DNA of 64,000 nt, taken from contig CM102283.1 of assembly GCA_046563655.1 (NCBI GenBank), forward strand, positions 4,092,001-4,156,000. Direction: 5' to 3'. This document shows, in pieces, positions 63,201 through 64,000 of this stretch; the first letter of the stretch is position 1; every line of letters starts with the position of its first letter. The stretch is from Yuukianura sp. NJ FZ-2021. Lineage: Eukaryota. The notes under the pieces were generated by a model that was not told the origin of the DNA, made no database searches, and was given only the letters and a program-made list of their open reading frames with translations. Position numbers and translations under genes: made by a program.

Positions 63201-64000
63201 TAATTGACTTTTACCAAGCATCGTTCCGGAATGCATTTCTTTTGAATTCTTTGTTTTGAAACATGAATTTTCATAAATACAGGTAACAAGATGATGGACG
63301 ACACAGCAAATGAAAGTGGGTTCTTGTAGCCCTTTTTATGAGGATTTCAAAAATATAGTTGACTCTTACCTAGCATCGTTCCGGAATGCATTTCTTTTGA
63401 ATTCTTTGTTTTGAAACTTGAATTTTCATAAAGAAAAGTAACGAGATGAGGGACGCCACGGCAAGTGAAAGTGGGTTCCTTTAGCACTTTTTATGAGGGT
63501 TTCAAAAATGTAGTTGACTTTTACTTAGCATCGTTCCGGAATGCATTTCTTTTGAATTCTTTGTTTTGAAACTTGAATTTCATAAATAAAGGTAACAAGA
63601 TGAGGGACGACACGGCAAGTGAAAGTGGGATCCTGTAGCACCTTTTATGAGGATTTCAAAAATGTAGTTGACTTTTACCCAGCATCGTTCCGGAATGCAT
63701 TTCTTTTGAATTCTTTGTTTTGAAACTTGAATTTTCATAAAGAAAGGTAACAAGATGAGGCACGACACAGCAAGTGAAAGTGGGTTCCTGTAGCACTTTT
63801 TATGAGGATTTCAAAAATGTAGTCGACTTTCTGTTCATTCTCACATTTGCGTGCTCAATCTCACAAATTTAAGTCGTTTTCGACAAAATGGTGCTCGGCA
63901 TTGCCCTGGGTGCCGTTTACCAACCCAAGATAATCTCCGAGGCAGAGCGGTTCATCCAGACTTTTAAGTACACTCTAACCAGATTTAATGGCGATCTATC
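60255..64000. repeat. Satellite DNA, right block: same monomers in ~1005/2012-bp higher-order repeats; runs off the window end
   Basis: Spurious ORFs recur at 60563/61568/62575/63580 (1005-1007 bp) and 60971/62983 (2012 bp); block-specific GGGATCCTGTAGCACC monomer variant. Confidence 0.97.

Noticed and set aside
39762-64000. Many recurring 60-110 aa ORFs (MSSIILLPLF..., MHVHSHKFKS..., MAIYPRQSNL...)
   Set aside because: Chance frames of satellite monomers. They vary with A-tract length and mostly start at non-ATG codons; useful only as period markers.

Overview
Eukaryotic genomic DNA, probably from an arthropod (inferred from compact ~55-80 bp GT-AG introns, TATA plus TCAGT initiator motifs, and P-element and DINE-like repeats). 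There are three zones. (1) 544-12833 is one LTR retrotransposon: 605-bp TG..CA LTRs with about 5 differences, a 4-bp TSD ACCT, a tRNA-Gly-like PBS and a PPT, but no gag/pol. Four DNA transposons are nested in it: two CCC..GGG CMC/EnSpm-type elements, a full-length 8-exon P-element/THAP9 transposon and a hAT MITE. Removing two of these restores a ~390-codon cargo ORF just upstream of the PPT. The ORF resembles the exonuclease+HRDC core of the nuclear exosome subunit Rrp6/EXOSC10 with most catalytic residues replaced, and lies downstream of a diverged internal copy of the LTR promoter. This is the most novel-looking system in the window. (2) 13.5-36.8 kb holds four ordinary spliced host genes: mRpS11, RalGDS/Rgl-like, USP39 and FAM20C-like. 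Two unrelated hAT MITEs each duplicated a 5' splice site in the same -1..+7 register. (3) 39.8-64 kb is an AT-rich ~155-bp satellite with higher-order repeats, interrupted by an intact two-ORF CR1/L2/Daphne-type LINE (54796-60254) that coincides with a switch in HOR period. Protein family calls come from recognising motifs from memory; no database search was run.
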